Source: Vulcanimicrobiota bacterium
GTDB taxonomy: Bacteria; Vulcanimicrobiota; Vulcanimicrobiia; Vulcanimicrobiales; Vulcanimicrobiaceae
Direction of reading: 5' to 3'
Length of the DNA stretch: 64,000 nt
NCBI GenBank assembly: GCA_963733295.1
Contig: CAVTCS010000003.1
Span: 2,688,001 to 2,752,000, forward strand
In this document: positions 47,597 through 57,364 of the stretch, piece after piece
Numbering within the stretch: the stretch's first letter is position 1
Layout: every line of letters begins with the position of its first letter
Notes under the pieces: model-generated
Databases searched by the model: none
What the model saw: the letters and a program-made list of their open reading frames with translations, nothing else
Told to the model about the DNA's origin: nothing
Position numbers and translations under genes: made by a program

Positions 47597-48355
47597 CTAG
47601 TCGACTTCGCGTGCGTTGAGATCGACCAGCGCGCCGTTTATGCCCGACGAGCGGTCCGCCGCGAGAAAAGCGAGCACCTCGGCAACTTCTTGCGGGGTCG
47701 CGGCCGCCTTCAAGTCCCCAGGGTCGTAAAACTTTTCGGCGCCGGCGAATGCCACGCCGCCGAGCACCAGCGCGTTCGCGACGATTCCGTCGGCTTTGTA
47801 ATCGCGCGCAAGGCCGAGCATCAACGTATTCACCGCCGCTTTCGCTGCTCCGAACAAGGCTCGGCCGGGTCCCGGATCTTTCGACGAACCGGCAGTGACG
47901 GTCACGATGCGGCCGCGCGAACGGGCCCCGGCACGGTACGGTTGCGCGAGCATCGCGCGGAGAGCGGCGACCGTAAGCGAATACGCAGTCTCGAGGAAGC
48001 CTTGGAGGTTTTTGCGCAAATCGTCGAGCGACGTTTCAGCCAGCGCTCCGCCGAAGCCGCCGCCGCCTGCCAAGTTCACGACCGCATCGATGCGACCGAG
48101 TTGTTCGACGGTATGTGCGACGGCGCGCGCGGCATCGGCCGGAAGGCTCAGATCGGCGCGAAATGCGAGCGCCCGTTCGCGCGAATCTGAATCGAGTGCG
48201 CTCGCAATCGTCGCGCGCGCGCGCGATTCGTCGCGCGAAAGCACCACGACCCGCGCGCCTTCGCGCACGAGCGCGGTCAGTGTCGCAGCACCGACCCGGC
48301 CGGTCGCGCCGGCCAGCAGAATCGCATCGCCCTCGCAATCTCCCGCTCGGCTCAT
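47597..48355 (-). CDS. Short-chain dehydrogenase/reductase
   Basis: GATGRVG, GRIDAVVNLAG, FGAAK in place of YxxxK, INGALV. Confidence 0.85.
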   Translation of the reverse strand: MSRAGDCEGDAILLAGATGRVGAATLTALVREGARVVVLSRDESRARATIASALDSDSRERALAFRADLSLPADAARAVAHTVEQLGRIDAVVNLAGGGGFGGALAETSLDDLRKNLQGFLETAYSLTVAALRAMLAQPYRAGARSRGRIVTVTAGSSKDPGPGRALFGAAKAAVNTLMLGLARDYKADGIVANALVLGGVAFAGAEKFYDPGDLKAAATPQEVAEVLAFLAADRSSGINGALVDLNAREVD

Positions 48356-48396
48356 GTGCGACCGTCGTTCTCGCGGAGGCCAGCCCGGCCCCCGGA

Positions 48397-48425
48397 TTGA
48401 CATCGAACGTATGTTCGATTACGAT
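48397..48425 (+). promoter_or_regulatory. SOS promoter with LexA box upstream of dnaE2
   Basis: TTGACA-17 nt-TACGAT with CGAACGTATGTTCG at 48404-48417. Confidence 0.9.
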
Positions 48426-48433
48426 GACGCCCC

Positions 48434-51400
48434 ATGCCTGCCGTGCGGTACGCCGAGCTACACTGCCGCTCCAATTTTAGCTTCCTGGAAGGGGCCTCGC
48501 ACCCTGAGGAATTGATCGAGCGCGGCCGCGATCTGGATTTGGCCGGGCTGGCTCTGACCGACCGCGACGGAGTCTATGGTTCGGTCCGCTTTTGCAAGGC
48601 AGCCAAATCCGGGAATTTTCCGGCGATCGTCGGCGCCGAGCTGACCCTCGACGTGCCCGAGCTGCGCCCCAAACGGCGCAACGCTCCCAGCGCCGAAGAG
48701 TCGCACGCCTTTCCTCGGCTCGTGCTGCTCGCCGAAGACGAGACCGGCTACGCCAACCTCGCCCACGCGATCTCGACGGCCCAGCTTCGCGGACGCAAAC
48801 GCGACGCGCGTTTGCAACTCGCGGACCTCGCCGGACAAACCGGCGGCCTAATCGCGCTTTCCGCCTCGCGTCACGGGTATGCCGAAGAAGCGCTGCAGCG
48901 CGGCGACGTCGCAACCGCGCGCGAACGCGCCGCGACGCTGCGCGACATCTTTCCCGGTCGCTTCTACTTCGAGTTGCAGCACCACTTGCGTCCCGAAGAC
49001 GCACGGCTCATCCTCGCGCAACTCCGCCTCGCCGAAGATCTGGATGCACCCTGCGTCGCCACCAACGGCGCAGCCTACGCGCGTCCCGGAGACGCGTTAC
49101 TCTGCGACGTTCTCACCTGCATCAAGTACAAAACGAACCTTCCCCGGGCCGGCACGCTGCTTCTCCCCAACCACGAGTTCTATCTCAAGAGTCCCGCGCA
49201 AATGGCGCGCATCTTCGCGCCGTATCCCAAAGCCCTCGAAAACACGCTCGCGATCGCCGAACGCTGCCGTTTCCGGCTCGAGCGGCTCGCCGGTCAATTT
49301 CCGCTCTTCCCCGTACCTGCGAACGAATCGAGCACGCACTCCTACTTGCGGACGCTCGTCGAGCGCGGCGCGAGAAAACGCTACGGCAATCCGCTTCCCT
49401 CCAAAGTCGAACGCCAGCTCGAATACGAGCTCGGCATCATCGCACGCCTCGACCTCGCCGGCTACTTCCTCGTCGTCTGGGACATTTCACGCGAAGCCGA
49501 AGAGCTCGGCGTCCTCGCGCAAGGCCGCGGTTCCGCCGCCAACTCCGCCGTCTGCTACGCCCTCGGCATCACCGCCGTCGATCCGATCGGAATGAACCTG
49601 CTCTTCGAGCGCTTTTTATCGGAAGAGCGCAACGAAGTCCCCGACATCGACATCGACTTCGCTCACCAAGACCGCGAAAAAGTCATCCAATACGTCTATA
49701 ACCGCTACGGCCGCGAACACGCCGCCATGACCGCCGAAACCATCACGTACCGGACGCGCTCCGCCATTCGCGACGTCGGCAAAGCCCTCGGTCTGAGCCT
49801 AGCCCAAGTCGACGCCGTCTCGAAGGAATACGACGCGCGCGAATCCCTCGCCGGCGCGCTCGGCGCCGGCGAAACCCCAACCTCGCAAGCGCTGCCCGAC
49901 TCGGTCCTGCGTCGCCGCGACCTCGACACCGGCTCCAACATCCGCGTCTCGCGCGCAGATGCCCCGGAGCCCACGAAGATCGGGAATCCGGAGCCGAACG
50001 TGCGTGGACCGGTCGGCGGCAAAGTCGGGGCGCTGTTGCTCGCGCTGTGCCGGCGTGTCGACGGATTCCCGCGGCACATGGGGATTCACTCGGGCGGAAT
50101 GGTCATCACGCGCGATCCGCTCGTGCGCGTCGCGCCGGTCGAATGGGCGACGATGCGCGACCGGACGATCGTGCAGTGGGACAAAGACGACCTCAGCGAT
50201 CTCGGCTTGATCAAGATCGATCTGCTCGGCCTCGGTATGCTCTCGCTACTGCGCGACGCGTTCGCGCTGCATCGCAGGCGCTACGGCGAGACGAAGCCGG
50301 CGCTGTCGCTGGCAAGCATCCCGCCCGACGACGAACCGACGTATGAGATGCTGACGCGAGCGGATTCGATCGGAGTGTTTCAGGTCGAATCGCGCGCGCA
50401 GCAATCGATGCTGCCGCGCATGAAACCGAAATGCTTTTACGATCTCGTGATGCAAGTCGCGATCATCCGGCCCGGACCGATTCAAGGCGACATGGTTCAC
50501 CCGTTTTTGCGGCGGCGCAACGGGCTCGAACCGGTCACGTATCCGCATCCGAAGTTGAAGCCGGTCTTGGAGCGGACGCTGGGCGTGCCGCTCTTTCAAG
50601 AACAAGGGATGCGCATGGCGATCGAGGCGGCCGGCTTCTCGGCGGGGCAGGCGGATCAATTGCGCCGCGCGATGGGACACAAGCGTTCGCGCGAACGAAT
50701 GACCGAGATCTATCCGAAGCTGATCGACGGGATGGTGCAGAACGGAATCGGGCGCGCGGCGGCCGAGCAGCTCTACCATATGCTGCAAGGCTTTGCGGAT
50801 TACGGTTTTCCGGAATCGCACGCAGCCAGCTTCGCGCTGCTGTCGTATGCGTCGTCCTACGTCAAGTGTCACGAGCCGGCGGTGTTCCTGGCCGCAATTC
50901 TCAACGTGCAACCGATGGGGTTTTATTCGACCGAAGTCCTCGTCAACGACGCGCGCCGGCACGGCGTCGTGGTGCTTCCGATCGAAGTCAACGCGAGCGA
51001 GTTTTGGAGCTTCGTCGACGAGCGGGGCGGCGTGCGGCTCGGCTTTCACATCGTACGCGGACTGGGGGAAGCGCAGCGCGCGCAACTCGAGGCGGCGCTC
51101 GCGCAAGGAACGTTCGCCGATCTGTCCGATTTCGCGGCGCGCTCCGGCTTGAGCAAGGACGCCCTCGAGAACCTCGCGATCGCCGGCGCGTTCGCGCCCT
51201 GGTTCGACTCGCGCCGCGAAGCGATGTGGGCGCTGCGCGCGCTCGACGAACGTATCGCGCGAGGCGAACTCGGCCGCGCGATGGAGATCGACGACGAACC
51301 CGCAGCGGCATTCGCGAGCTTGACGCCGCGCGAGGAAACCGCCTTCGATCTGTGGGGCACCGGACTCACCACGGGAACCCAGCCGATCGCGCACTTCCGC

Positions 51401-51742
51401 GCCGAGCTCGACGCGCACGGCGTCATCGCGGCCGGCCGTTTGAGCGCGATGCCGAACCATCTGCTCTGCAAGGTCGGCGGCATGGTCATCACGCGACAGC
51501 GTCCGGGCACCGCGAAAGGCTTCGTGTTCCTTACGCTCGAGGACGAGACGGGCTTGATCAACGTCATCGTCAATCCCGCCGTCTACGAGCGTCACCGGCG
51601 CGCGATCCGCTCGGCGAGCGCGCTGATCATCGAAGGCACCTTACAGAAAGAACAAGGTTGCCTCGACGTGCTCGCCAAGCGCTTTTGGCCGCTCGAAACG
51701 CACGGCGCAACCGACGGCATCGCGGCGCGCAACTTCCATTAA
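48434..51742 (+). CDS. dnaE2: Error-prone DNA polymerase DnaE2 (ImuC)
   Basis: YAELHCRSNFSFLEGAS, GRGSAANS, PDIDID, KIDLLGLG, YGFPESHA, RQRPGTAKG, DnaE2-type C-terminal ARNFH. Confidence 0.97.
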   Translation: MPAVRYAELHCRSNFSFLEGASHPEELIERGRDLDLAGLALTDRDGVYGSVRFCKAAKSGNFPAIVGAELTLDVPELRPKRRNAPSAEESHAFPRLVLLAEDETGYANLAHAISTAQLRGRKRDARLQLADLAGQTGGLIALSASRHGYAEEALQRGDVATARERAATLRDIFPGRFYFELQHHLRPEDARLILAQLRLAEDLDAPCVATNGAAYARPGDALLCDVLTCIKYKTNLPRAGTLLLPNHEFYLKSPAQMARIFAPYPKALENTLAIAERCRFRLERLAGQFPLFPVPANESSTHSYLRTLVERGARKRYGNPLPSKVERQLEYELGIIARLDLAGYFLVVWDISREAEELGVLAQGRGSAANSAVCYALGITAVDPIGMNLLFERFLSEERNEVPDIDIDFAHQDREKVIQYVYNRYGREHAAMTAETITYRTRSAIRDVGKALGLSLAQVDAVSKEYDARESLAGALGAGETPTSQALPDSVLRRRDLDTGSNIRVSRADAPEPTKIGNPEPNVRGPVGGKVGALLLALCRRVDGFPRHMGIHSGGMVITRDPLVRVAPVEWATMRDRTIVQWDKDDLSDLGLIKIDLLGLGMLSLLRDAFALHRRRYGETKPALSLASIPPDDEPTYEMLTRADSIGVFQVESRAQQSMLPRMKPKCFYDLVMQVAIIRPGPIQGDMVHPFLRRRNGLEPVTYPHPKLKPVLERTLGVPLFQEQGMRMAIEAAGFSAGQADQLRRAMGHKRSRERMTEIYPKLIDGMVQNGIGRAAAEQLYHMLQGFADYGFPESHAASFALLSYASSYVKCHEPAVFLAAILNVQPMGFYSTEVLVNDARRHGVVVLPIEVNASEFWSFVDERGGVRLGFHIVRGLGEAQRAQLEAALAQGTFADLSDFAARSGLSKDALENLAIAGAFAPWFDSRREAMWALRALDERIARGELGRAMEIDDEPAAAFASLTPREETAFDLWGTGLTTGTQPIAHFRAELDAHGVIAAGRLSAMPNHLLCKVGGMVITRQRPGTAKGFVFLTLEDETGLINVIVNPAVYERHRRAIRSASALIIEGTLQKEQGCLDVLAKRFWPLETHGATDGIAARNFH

Positions 51743-51820
51743 TGGATAGTGAGGGTAGGCTTTCGGCGCTCGGGGGCCAAGCTAAGGACCGTTCCTCAGC
51801 GACGAAAGGAAGTGCCTCGA

Positions 51821-52258
51821 ATGAAACACCGTCCGCCGTTCCTCGGTATCGCCGCGTTCTGCGCGCTCTTCGTCACCACGGCCGCCGTCGCACAAATCGC
51901 TCCCGGCGACACCGGAGCGGGAATCAAACGCGGCATGCACTCGATGAACAACTCAGGCGAAGTCGGTAGCGTCACGCTCTTCAATCGAGGAAGCGGCTCG
52001 AAGACGCTCGTCGTCATCGAGCTGGCCGGAGAGCCGAACGGCCACCACCAGCCGGCTAGCATTCACCGCGCGAAAGCCTGCGAAGACGTAACGAACGAGC
52101 CCTCGTATCCACTCTCACCGACGATCAACGGCGTCTCGCGCACCCTGGTCGAAGCGCCCGAGGCGAAGCTTCTGTCGGGAAACTACGTCGTCGTCGTCCA
52201 CGCCGCCGACAATCACCTCGAACAATTCGTTTCCTGCGGGCAGCTCTACCAATCGTAG
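51821..52258 (+). CDS. Secreted small protein (Cu/Zn-SOD-like or CHRD-like fold)
   Basis: Signal peptide, QPASIH..C, YVVVVHA, VSCG. Confidence 0.65.
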   Translation: MKHRPPFLGIAAFCALFVTTAAVAQIAPGDTGAGIKRGMHSMNNSGEVGSVTLFNRGSGSKTLVVIELAGEPNGHHQPASIHRAKACEDVTNEPSYPLSPTINGVSRTLVEAPEAKLLSGNYVVVVHAADNHLEQFVSCGQLYQS

Positions 52259-52346
52259 CCGGAATGTGCGTCGTCACACAGCGGTTTCGCTTGCAGCGGC
52301 GCGCAAGAACCATTTTCAGCACCACGCCGCTTAGAGAAGATCCGGC

Positions 52347-53276
52347 ATGTCCGACTTGATCGATCCAACGCGCGCGACCTCGCCCGCCTTCAACCGCCGT
52401 ACGTTCGTCGGTCTTTCCGCAGGCGCCGCAGGCCTCGGCGGCACGGCGGCTGCCGGACTGGCGGCGCCTGCACCGGTCTACGGTCAACCGCATCCGCCGA
52501 TCATTCCGGAGAACGACCCGGACATCGAAGCGCAGCCGCTGCAGCTAACCTATCAGCTGCACGGCGGTACTCGCGTCGTCGAATCCTATACCGCGCGCCC
52601 CAAAAACGCGAAGCCCTCGACGCCGGGCGTCGTCGTCGTTCAAGCGATTTGGGGCGTCGACGCGCAGTTGCGCGACGTCGTCCGGCGCTTGGCGAAAGCC
52701 GGCTACGTGGCGATCGCACCCGACCTGTATAGCGGTCTCGGGGCACCGAGCGGCGACGGCGTGAGCGACTTCGAAGCCTTTCGTTCGTTCCCCGGCAAAT
52801 TGATCGACGAAACGGTCGACCACGACGTGCAGCAGGGCGCAGTCTGGGTTCACCGCCAAGGCACGAGTTCGGCGAAGGTCGGCGTCGTGGGCTTTTGCAT
52901 GGGGGGCAGTATCGCGCTCCGTCAGGCGGTCGACAGCGTTTCGCAGTTCAAAGCCGTCGCCGTGTTCTACGGAAAGGTTCGCTATTCGGCGAGCGGCGGC
53001 AACGACGGTCCGATCGTTCCGATCGACGTCGGCTACGCCGCCTCCATGGGCGTCCCGGTCGTGGGCAGCTGGGGCGCCCGCGACACCGGCATCCTTCCCG
53101 ACGACGTTCGCGCGCTCGAGGCGCGGCTGACCGAGCTCAACAAGCCGCACGACTTCGCGCTCTACGACGGAGCGGGCCACGCATTTTTTGACGACACGCG
53201 CAGCGCCTACGTCGCGAGTGCGGCGAACGATGCCTGGCTGCGCACGATCTCCTGGTTCCGGCGCTTCCTTTCGTAG
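52347..53276 (+). CDS. Dienelactone hydrolase family protein, Tat signal
   Basis: NRRTFVG, AIAPDLY, GFCMGG, GHAF motifs. Confidence 0.9.
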   Translation: MSDLIDPTRATSPAFNRRTFVGLSAGAAGLGGTAAAGLAAPAPVYGQPHPPIIPENDPDIEAQPLQLTYQLHGGTRVVESYTARPKNAKPSTPGVVVVQAIWGVDAQLRDVVRRLAKAGYVAIAPDLYSGLGAPSGDGVSDFEAFRSFPGKLIDETVDHDVQQGAVWVHRQGTSSAKVGVVGFCMGGSIALRQAVDSVSQFKAVAVFYGKVRYSASGGNDGPIVPIDVGYAASMGVPVVGSWGARDTGILPDDVRALEARLTELNKPHDFALYDGAGHAFFDDTRSAYVASAANDAWLRTISWFRRFLS

Positions 53277-54373
53277 TGCCTTTCACGCTAGTCCACTGCG
53301 CGGACGTTCATCTGGAAACGACGTTTCCGGATACCCGCGGCGGCGGCACTCGCCGCGCGGCGCTGGCCGACGCGTTCGTTCGGATCGTCGACGAAGCGCT
53401 GAGCTGCAAAGCCGATGCGCTCACGATCGGTGGCGATCTGTACGAAGCCGAGCGCGCCGGACCGGCGACGGTACGCTTTCTTTTCGAACAGTTCGTGCGC
53501 TTCGGCAAACCGGTCTTTCTCGCGCCCGGCAATCACGATCCGCACGCTCCCGGCTCGCTGCTCGCGCGCCCCGACTTGCCCGAAAACGTCCTCGTCTTCA
53601 ACGAAGCGGCCTGGCGCGCCATTCCGCTTGCCGAGGGCATCACGCTCTACGGGTTCGGCCACACGCCGGCCGAGCCGGGCCGTCCCTTCGCGAGCGCTCG
53701 CTTCGAGCGCGGCGGCGTACAGATCGCGCTCGTGCATGGAAGCGACGAAGCGCGCTGCCCGCCGAACAAACGCGCCACCGCGCCGTTCACGCAGCGCGAA
53801 GTCTCGGCTTCGGGCGCGAGCTTGCTGCTGACGGGGCACTATCACGGTGGTTACCTGACGACCGAGCGGGGGCGCGCGACGATCGCTTATCCCGGTTCGC
53901 CGGAACCGATCAAATTCGGCGAAGGCGCGACGCACGGCGTGGTGGTTCTGCGCGTGGATGGCGAGCACGTCGAGCCGACGCTCGTACCGACGGCGCGGAC
54001 GCGGCTCTTCGAACTCGAGTGCGATTTGAGCGGCGTCGGCCACGAACACGCGGCGCTCGCGCGCATCGAGAAAGCGCTGGCCCCACTCGGCAGGCGCGAC
54101 TACGTTCGCATGCGCCTCTTCGGTCAGGTCGCGCAGGGCACGCGGCTCGATGCGGCCTCGATGCGCGAACGTTTCGAGTCGGCCCTGGGTTCGCTCGAGT
54201 TGAACGATCGCACGACCTCGTATGACTACGAGCTGATCTCGCGCGAGCCGACGGTGCGCGGACACGTCGTGCGCGACTTGCTCGCGCTCTCCCGCGACGA
54301 CGGCTCGGAGCTTGCGGGCGAAGCGTTGCGCTACGCGCTGGCCGCCTTCGACGGTTCGGAGATCGCGCCGTGA
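53276..54373 (+). CDS. Mre11/SbcD-like metallophosphoesterase (YhaO-like)
   Basis: HCADVHL, GGDLYE, PGNHD, GHYH, YPGSPE motifs. Confidence 0.9.
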   Translation: MPFTLVHCADVHLETTFPDTRGGGTRRAALADAFVRIVDEALSCKADALTIGGDLYEAERAGPATVRFLFEQFVRFGKPVFLAPGNHDPHAPGSLLARPDLPENVLVFNEAAWRAIPLAEGITLYGFGHTPAEPGRPFASARFERGGVQIALVHGSDEARCPPNKRATAPFTQREVSASGASLLLTGHYHGGYLTTERGRATIAYPGSPEPIKFGEGATHGVVVLRVDGEHVEPTLVPTARTRLFELECDLSGVGHEHAALARIEKALAPLGRRDYVRMRLFGQVAQGTRLDAASMRERFESALGSLELNDRTTSYDYELISREPTVRGHVVRDLLALSRDDGSELAGEALRYALAAFDGSEIAP

Positions 54374-56823
54374 AACTACTCGAATTGCGCATCGACGGTT
54401 TCGGACGCTTGACCGATCGCACCGTGCGTTTCGATCCGCGCTTCAACGTGATCTACGGACCGAACGAAGCCGGCAAATCGACGCTGACCAGCGCCATCCT
54501 CGCTTCGCTCTACGGGTGCGGGCGCGGCGAGCGCGACTCGTGGCGTCCGTGGTCGGGGGCGCGCTACGCGGCCGCGCTCAAGTACGTGCTCTCGGACGGA
54601 CGCGAGTTCGAAGTCCAGCGGGACTTCGAGCGCGATGGGAAGGGAGTCCACGTTTACGACGCGAGCGGCAACGACGTGTCGGGCGAATGCGCGGTCGGAC
54701 GCAACATCGTTCCGGGGCTCACGCATCTCGGCGTGCCGCTCGAGGTCTTCCTCAACGCGTCGTACGTCGCCCAAGGCGAGGTCGAAATCGACGGCTCGCG
54801 CGCCGAACGCATAAGCCACGCCTTGGCCCAAGCGCTCGACGGCGGTCCGCGCGAAGATGCCGCGCTCGGCGCGCTCAAGCGGCTCGACGATGCGCTCGCG
54901 ACGCACGTGGGCAGCCGCCGCGCGACCGTTCACGCTCCCATGCGCCGCCTGACCGAGGAAACGCTCGAGCTCGAGGAACGTTGCGAGGAGGTGCGGCGCC
55001 GCCTGCGCGAGCTCGACGAGTTGCGCGCCCGGCTCGGCGCCGAGACCGCGCGTACCGCCGAACTCGAGGAGGCGCTGCGCGAACACGAGCGCCGGACTCG
55101 CGCGGTTCGCGCGTACGCCATTCGTTTGCGGCTCGATGGTCTGCGCGAGATTCGCGACGAACTGGCCGACCTGCAAGCGAAGCGGGCCGAGTACGAGGAC
55201 GTCGAGGGCTTCTCGAGCGTGCAAGTTCCCGAACTCGAGAAGCGCTACCGCGAATGGCACACGCTCGAAGCGCTTGCCGTCGACCGGGCGGCCGAGGCGG
55301 CCAAGGCACGGGTCACGCCCTCGCTCTTAGCAGAGCTCGACGAACGCCTCAGCCAGGGCGGCGGCCTGGACGACTACGCTTTCGCCGATCTGGAAGACGC
55401 GGCCAAAGCCGCGACCGAAGCGCGCGACAAGGCGACCTTCGCCGCCAACGAGGTTCAGGCGGCGCGGCGTTCGGTCGACGGCGGCAGCGAACTGTTCGGC
55501 GCCGCTTTCGCTTCGGGAATCTTTGTCGCGGCCGGCGCGGCCCTCCTCATGTTTTTTGCCGATTGGATGCTGGCCGCTCCGACGGCGGTGCTCGCTCTGC
55601 TCCTTTTCGTGTTCGCGGGAACGCGTTGGGCGAAGCGGCGCGCCGCGCTGCGCCGCATCGCGGAAATGCAGCAGCGTGCCGACCGCGCGACGGCGGAGGA
55701 AAGCGAGGCCGCGGAAAAACTCGCGCGCGCCCTCGAGCCGCTCGGTGCGACCTCGCTCGAGGAGTTGACGAAACGCCGTCATCGCGCGCAGGAGCTCATG
55801 CTGCGCCGGGATGCGGGCCGGCATTCCGCCGAACGCGCCGCCGACGCGCGCGCCAAGGCCGAACGCGCCGCAGCTTCCTTTGACGAACTCGCGCGCCGGA
55901 TGCTGCCGGCGACCGGTTCGCGCGAAGCCGATCTCGCCGCGGTGAAGTTGCGCGAGTCGCGCCGCGGCACGCGCGACGGTATCGACGTTCGGCTCTCGAT
56001 GCTCGACGTACGGCGCAACGACGTGCTGCGCAACGAGGACGAGTTCGCGCTGGCAGCCGAGCTGTCGGAACTGATCGCAAGCGGGACGAATCCGGCGCCG
56101 CTCGAGCCCGGTACCTCGGCGCGCGCCTTCGAAGCCGAACGGGCCGACCTCGAGCGGCGCGCGAGCGAGAGCCGTTCAGCGGCCGCAGCCAGCGCCGGCG
56201 AGTTGCGGACGGCGGAAGCGCAGATCGGCGACCTCGCCGCGCTCGACGAACAAATCCAGCACTCGCGCGCCGAGTGCGCGCGGCTCGAACGCTTCGAAGC
56301 CGCGCTCGGCTTGGCTCGCGACAAGATCGACGAGCGCACCCGCGAGGCGCATCAGAAGTTCGCCCGGCGCCTGGGCGACTACGCTTCACGAACGCTGGCC
56401 GAAGTCACCGCAGGCCGCTACGGCGACGTCCGCATCGACCCGACGACCCTCGCGCTCCGGCTGCGCGCGCCGGAGACCGGCGCGATCGTCGACGTTTCCG
56501 AACTCTCGGCCGGAACGCGCGAGCAAGCCTACCTCGTCGTTCGCCTGGCGATGTTGCGCATGTTCGGCGAAGGCATCGAGACGGCGCCGCTCTTGCTCGA
56601 CGACCCGTTCAGTTTCTGGGACGAGACGCGCATCGAGCGCGGCTTTCCCGTCCTCGAGTCGGCGGCAAACGAGGCGCAGGTCATCCTGTTCACGGCCAGC
56701 CGCGACTTGTGCGATGCTGCCGCGCAGCGCGGCGCGCGGGTCATCGAACTGAGCGACGGCACGCCGAGCGGGAAACCGCTGCTGCGCAGCGTCTCGAACT
56801 TGCCGAGCGTCGCCGAGTTGTAA
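54370..56823 (+). CDS. Rad50/SbcC-like coiled-coil ATPase (YhaN-like) with central TM hairpin
   Basis: Walker A GPNEAGKST, long coiled coil, LSAGTREQ signature, Walker B LLLDDP. Confidence 0.88.
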   Translation: MKLLELRIDGFGRLTDRTVRFDPRFNVIYGPNEAGKSTLTSAILASLYGCGRGERDSWRPWSGARYAAALKYVLSDGREFEVQRDFERDGKGVHVYDASGNDVSGECAVGRNIVPGLTHLGVPLEVFLNASYVAQGEVEIDGSRAERISHALAQALDGGPREDAALGALKRLDDALATHVGSRRATVHAPMRRLTEETLELEERCEEVRRRLRELDELRARLGAETARTAELEEALREHERRTRAVRAYAIRLRLDGLREIRDELADLQAKRAEYEDVEGFSSVQVPELEKRYREWHTLEALAVDRAAEAAKARVTPSLLAELDERLSQGGGLDDYAFADLEDAAKAATEARDKATFAANEVQAARRSVDGGSELFGAAFASGIFVAAGAALLMFFADWMLAAPTAVLALLLFVFAGTRWAKRRAALRRIAEMQQRADRATAEESEAAEKLARALEPLGATSLEELTKRRHRAQELMLRRDAGRHSAERAADARAKAERAAASFDELARRMLPATGSREADLAAVKLRESRRGTRDGIDVRLSMLDVRRNDVLRNEDEFALAAELSELIASGTNPAPLEPGTSARAFEAERADLERRASESRSAAAASAGELRTAEAQIGDLAALDEQIQHSRAECARLERFEAALGLARDKIDERTREAHQKFARRLGDYASRTLAEVTAGRYGDVRIDPTTLALRLRAPETGAIVDVSELSAGTREQAYLVVRLAMLRMFGEGIETAPLLLDDPFSFWDETRIERGFPVLESAANEAQVILFTASRDLCDAAAQRGARVIELSDGTPSGKPLLRSVSNLPSVAEL

Positions 56824-56824
56824 G

Positions 56825-57364
56825 TTAGCGGCTGGCCGCTTGCAGTTTCGTCAGTGCCGCGAGGGTGTTGGCGACGTGTTTAACCGGGTCGAGGTCGGTG
56901 TAGGTATAGACGATCTTGCCGTCCGGTGCGATGACGTACGAGGTCCGGTTCGAATACAGATCGCCGTCGAACGTCACGACTGCATGGTACTCTTTGGATA
57001 TGGCGTGGTTGGCGTCCGAGGCCACCGCGAACTTGCTCCGGCACTCCGAAACGGAGAACTTGTCGAGCTTGGCGATGTTGTCGCCGGAAACGCCGATGAC
57101 CGTCGCACCGAGCTTGGTGTAGTCGCCGATGTGCGAGGCGAAGTCGTGCGCTTCCATCGTGCAGCCCTGCGTGAAGGCTGCCGGATAGAAGTACAGCACG
57201 ACCGGTCCCTTGGCCAGCGCCGCGCCTAAATCGAACGTGAAAACCTTGCCTCCCAGCGACGCCTGCGTCTTAAAGTCCGGCGCCGTCGCGCCCACGGCGA
57301 GGGCGGCCACGGCCGGCGCGGCGGCGAGCGCAGTCAAGAGCAATCCAAAAAAGATCTTTCGCAT
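56825..57364 (-). CDS. Peroxiredoxin (BCP/PrxQ family) with signal peptide
   Basis: VVLYFYPAAFTQGCTMEA, GVSGD, RTSYVI motifs. Confidence 0.9.
   Translation of the reverse strand: MRKIFFGLLLTALAAAPAVAALAVGATAPDFKTQASLGGKVFTFDLGAALAKGPVVLYFYPAAFTQGCTMEAHDFASHIGDYTKLGATVIGVSGDNIAKLDKFSVSECRSKFAVASDANHAISKEYHAVVTFDGDLYSNRTSYVIAPDGKIVYTYTDLDPVKHVANTLAALTKLQAASR

Noticed and set aside
49860..50010. Intein in dnaE2
   Set aside because: The segment is only ~50 aa and lacks intein N- and C-terminal splice motifs.
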